Below, in pieces: positions 60,797 through 64,000 of a stretch of 64,000 bases of DNA. The notes below the pieces were generated by a model that had not been told where the DNA came from, did no database searches, and worked only from the letters and a program-made list of their open reading frames with translations. The position numbers were made by a program, and so were the translations under genes. Source of the DNA: Amphiscolops sp. MND2022. Lineage: Eukaryota. The stretch covers positions 41,106,001 to 41,170,000 of the forward strand of contig OZ076421.1 of NCBI GenBank assembly GCA_964187785.1. The letters run 5' to 3'. The number at the start of each line of letters is the position of its first letter. The first letter of the stretch is position 1.

Positions 60797-61299
60797 CGGC
60801 TTCGGGCAATAAGTTCGATTTACTAAGTTCGAATTTGAACTAGTGCGAAAAGTTCGAATGGAATAGTTTCGAGACACCAATTCCGAATTTTCATATCGGG
60901 CAAATCCGGTGTAAACTGGACATCCTTCACACAAGATCCTGAGAGCTCCACCGCCTAAGATCTAAAGGAATCTAAAAACTGAAATGTGGGGCATATCCGG
61001 TGTATGCACGCTCGCCTTAACCGTCGTAAAGACCAGCTCCCACTACGATCGCTTCGCGATCTCCGTTCCCGCTAGGTCTTTGCTCCTGTTCGACATCGCT
61101 TAGCAAGATGGGAACATAAGCGGCCCCAAGGGGCCGCGGGGCACTAGATGAAATGGAGAAATATCAGAGGCACGTTTTATACGTAGTTCAAAAATCGAAC
61201 ACAGTGATTCGAACTGTTCCTGTTTTTGGAAAATTCGAACTTAGTCCATTCGAAATTGAAGTTCGAACTTATGCGTTCGAACTTATTACCATGCCCCTG
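60797..61299. mobile_element. MITE family B, copy 3
   Basis: gggcaataagttcga...tcgaacttattaccatgcccctg; contains the full core module. Confidence 0.75.
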
Positions 61300-61490
61300 A
61301 AAAGCTAGACATTTCTAACACACGATGTTTGCATTCAAGTGGAAACACAAGTGTTGAATATGAATTTTCGATTATTCGTGTATAAGAAAAATCAAAATCG
61401 CATATACATTTTATTTTTCATGCACTAATCTTTTCTCCTCTCTATATCGGCATAGCTTCTACAATTTCCGTAAAACCGAGTTAAAAAACA

Positions 61491-62051
61491 ATGAATTATG
61501 CTCCTCGCAAGAATTTTTCTTCTCTGTTGGATGAAACCATCTTATCTGCGCAAAACCATGTTGATTTCATAGTCGAAACGATTAGTCTCTACGATAAGAC
61601 TCAAAATGATTTCCTTGTTCTTATATGCGACAATTGTGAAACTACTAAAGCTGTTTCGGATATTCTCAAACTTCCCATGGTTGGTTGCCCCTCACATCGT
61701 TTCAATTTGGCTGTGAACGATATTCTGGAAAAAAAAACAGGCAATTATTGCGAAAATCAAAAACCTAATGACTAAATTGAAGACATGAAAAATGTGGGGA
61801 AAATTGCGATTGTATACTTCTTTGCGACCAGTGAGGCAGAATGTTACCAAGTGGACTAGTGTTTCCTCAATGGTAAATAGGTATTTTGATTTGAAGTCTA
61901 TCTTGGAAGAGCATTTTAGACATAAATTCGTTCTACTGGATCAGTTTTTGTCTGCTCAAGAAGATATTTGTTTTTTGAAAAAAGATTGCGATACTTTCAA
62001 TTCTGTGGCGAAAGCATTGCAAAAAATGACATCAACATCGCCGAAGTTGTT
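61491..62051 (+). pseudogene. hAT-type transposase fragment, cut by the Copia LTR
   Basis: LICDNCETTK..LPMVGCPSHRFNLAV (second Asp plus C-x2-H) and QNVTKWTSVSSMVNRY (N.TRW.S motif). Confidence 0.8.
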
Positions 62052-62282
62052 TGTTAGAGACCGATGAAATGCAAAGGACCATTAAAGGTCAACCAACTCA
62101 GACTATACCAGATTGAACTAATTTAGTTTCTTATTGTCGTTTGTAATTATGTACCTGTTATTTTTATCTTCACTTTACTGAATCTTTTTCTCAACATACA
62201 TCTCAAAATAAAGTAATGATAATAACCAATCTTCATCAACCCGAGAACCCAGCTGCAACCAGAAGGAGCTCAGGCCCTAATA
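62052..62282 (+). repeat. Copia 5' LTR (231 bp), with PBS at 62283-62296
   Basis: TGTTAG...CTAATA near-inverted ends, AATAAA inside, then gtttatggaccagc resembling the Drosophila copia PBS GGTTATGGGCCCAG. Confidence 0.7.
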
Positions 62283-62542
62283 GTTTATGGACCAGCAATT
62301 TGGTGAGTTTATCTTATAAAAAACCTTTTTCTGCTTACTCTCACTATGCTCGTCTGATCTTGTTTTTCGCTCTCCATTTTTGCTTTTTGCGTCTCGGATA
62401 TCCACAACTTTTGCTACTGATGCCGTCCGTTACCACCGTTTCGCTTCCATCAACTTTGTAGCTTATCTTCGTGGGAATTCCTGTTTTGCTGCCCCATTCT
62501 TGGCTTCTGCCAGTTTCGGGATTATGTTGGAGTTTGTGATGG

Positions 62543-64000
62543 ATGGATCGACCTTCGCAGTATCTCCAGTTCTCTGGCAAGGAAGAAGTCTTCGCTGTGG
62601 GGCAGGAGCGATTCCAGGGGTTCTGTTTCACAAAGAAGCTGCTGAACGTGCTTAATGGAACAGATGCTGGCACGAATGACAAGAAGTACGAAATGTGGGC
62701 TTACTTGGTACAGTGTCTCGACAGCTGCAGTATCCTGATGCTGAGGAACGACTGCAAGGGTGATGGTCCGAAGGCATGGCAACTACTGTGGGACCACTTC
62801 AACAGCAACGGAACACCTAGTTTGATGAACCTATTGGAGAAGTTCACAACCCTGCGATTGGAGCCCACGGAGAGCATGGTTGACTACCTGACTCGCGCGG
62901 AGTATGTGAGTAAGCAGTTGGAGCTCGCTGGTGAGAAAGTTCCTGAAAACATGTTAACTTCGATAGTTCTTAGGGGTTCGCCTTCCGAATATGACAATTT
63001 CAAATTGTGCGTAATTTTTTGAAAGATAAGGCGTCCTCTGCGGAAGTAATGGAAGCATTGAAAAACTTCGAAAGTTCTCGTAACCTACAAACTGCGACAG
63101 CTAGAAATGAAAAAGTTGCTTTGTTATCCGAAGGAACTGTTGCAAAAAGTTCCGCGTGTAAACCTGAAAACTTCACTGGGAAGTGTAGACGTTGCGGTAA
63201 AAGTGGACACAAACAAGCCACTTGTAGAGTATCCCAGTGCAAATCTTGCAGGCGTTTTGATTTTTCAAGAAAAACCCTCTTTTGAACCCTAGGCCAAGTG
63301 CTGAGACAGGAGACTCAAACCTAGCTGAGGATTTAGTTGTTTTTTGCGATGGTATGAGACTGCACTCACTAGCCAAAAATGCGAGGTGAAGGAGCACACT
63401 TTGGTCGTCGAATATGGTGCTTCCTCGTATATATTTTTTGACCGTTCTCTGTTCTTCGACTTTACCGAAGAAACACAACGCAAAGTAAAAAATGCGAATG
63501 AGACTTTTTAGCAAGTTGAGGGTGTTGGAAAAGTTTCTCTTTCACGTTTTGACAAAGAAGGGAGCGAACGTTTTGTGACATTTTCCGATTGTCTTTTTCT
63601 TCCAGATCATTCTCATAACTTGATCAGCGTTAGCAAGTTGAGACAAAAGGGGGCTCAAGTGAACTTCGAACAATCTCTGAGCATTTCCGTCAATGGAAGA
63701 GCAACTATTGCTTTTGACGAGCACGCTAATCTTTACGTTTTGAAAGGAAAGATATTTGATCTTTGTTCTTTTTCAGGCGAGAACGAAGAAGCGGTGCTGT
63801 GGCATCATCGCCTTGGTCACAACTAATTCAAAAATGTGAAACGTTTGGCTCGCCATGTTTCGGGAATGATCTTGAAGCACAGTGCTTTTGATAAACTTTG
63901 TTATAAAGTCACGACGACAACCAGTATTGCAAAAAATGGAGAAAAGAAAATCTTTGAAACTTCATCTCGTTTTCACTGACATTTTGGGACCAATGCCAAC
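62543..64000 (+). pseudogene. Ty1/Copia gag-protease-integrase start, decayed, runs off the window
   Basis: DGPKAWQLL..LTSIVLRG.PSEY (Copia gag), CRRCGKSGHKQATC knuckle, degenerate protease (VEYGASSY), NLISVSKL, LWHHRLGH, FTDILGPMP. Confidence 0.88.

Noticed and set aside
1-64000. Species assignment
   Set aside because: TE content and COASY indicate a metazoan, but nothing in the window is diagnostic without a database search.

Overview
Eukaryotic (metazoan-like), AT-rich and almost entirely transposon-derived window. The only recognisable host gene is an intact CoA synthase (COASY, 33697-35244, minus) with an uninterrupted CDS. From left to right the window holds: (1) a decayed Gypsy element with a 1.84-kb internal tandem duplication and a head-to-tail shared-LTR junction (1-6116); (2) Helentron-type non-autonomous elements; (3) a second, very large Gypsy element (~9395-26738) whose 3' region carries a convergent, spliced, hAT-transposase-like antisense gene plus two sense ORFs, split by a full-length BEL/Pao element (16124-23264); (4) Gypsy debris; (5) an intact Penelope-like element with hammerhead-ribozyme motifs in its terminal repeats (30603-33349); (6) COASY; (7) a truncated CR1/L2-type LINE and nested MITE families; (8) a 17-kb BEL/Pao element (38647-55898, minus) containing a seven-copy RT-RNaseH tandem array and, between integrase and 3' LTR, a decayed antisense ORF with a recognisable JmjC (2-oxoglutarate/Fe oxygenase, histone-demethylase-like) signature; (9) CRE-like LINE pieces, a MULE inserted in a tRNA-derived SINE, a hAT fragment and the 5' part of a Copia element. 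The strongest candidates for undescribed biology are the two LTR elements carrying convergent antisense cargo genes (JmjC in BEL; catalytically dead, intron-containing hAT-like protein in Gypsy). All domain calls were made by eye from motifs; no database searches were run and the species cannot be established from the sequence alone.
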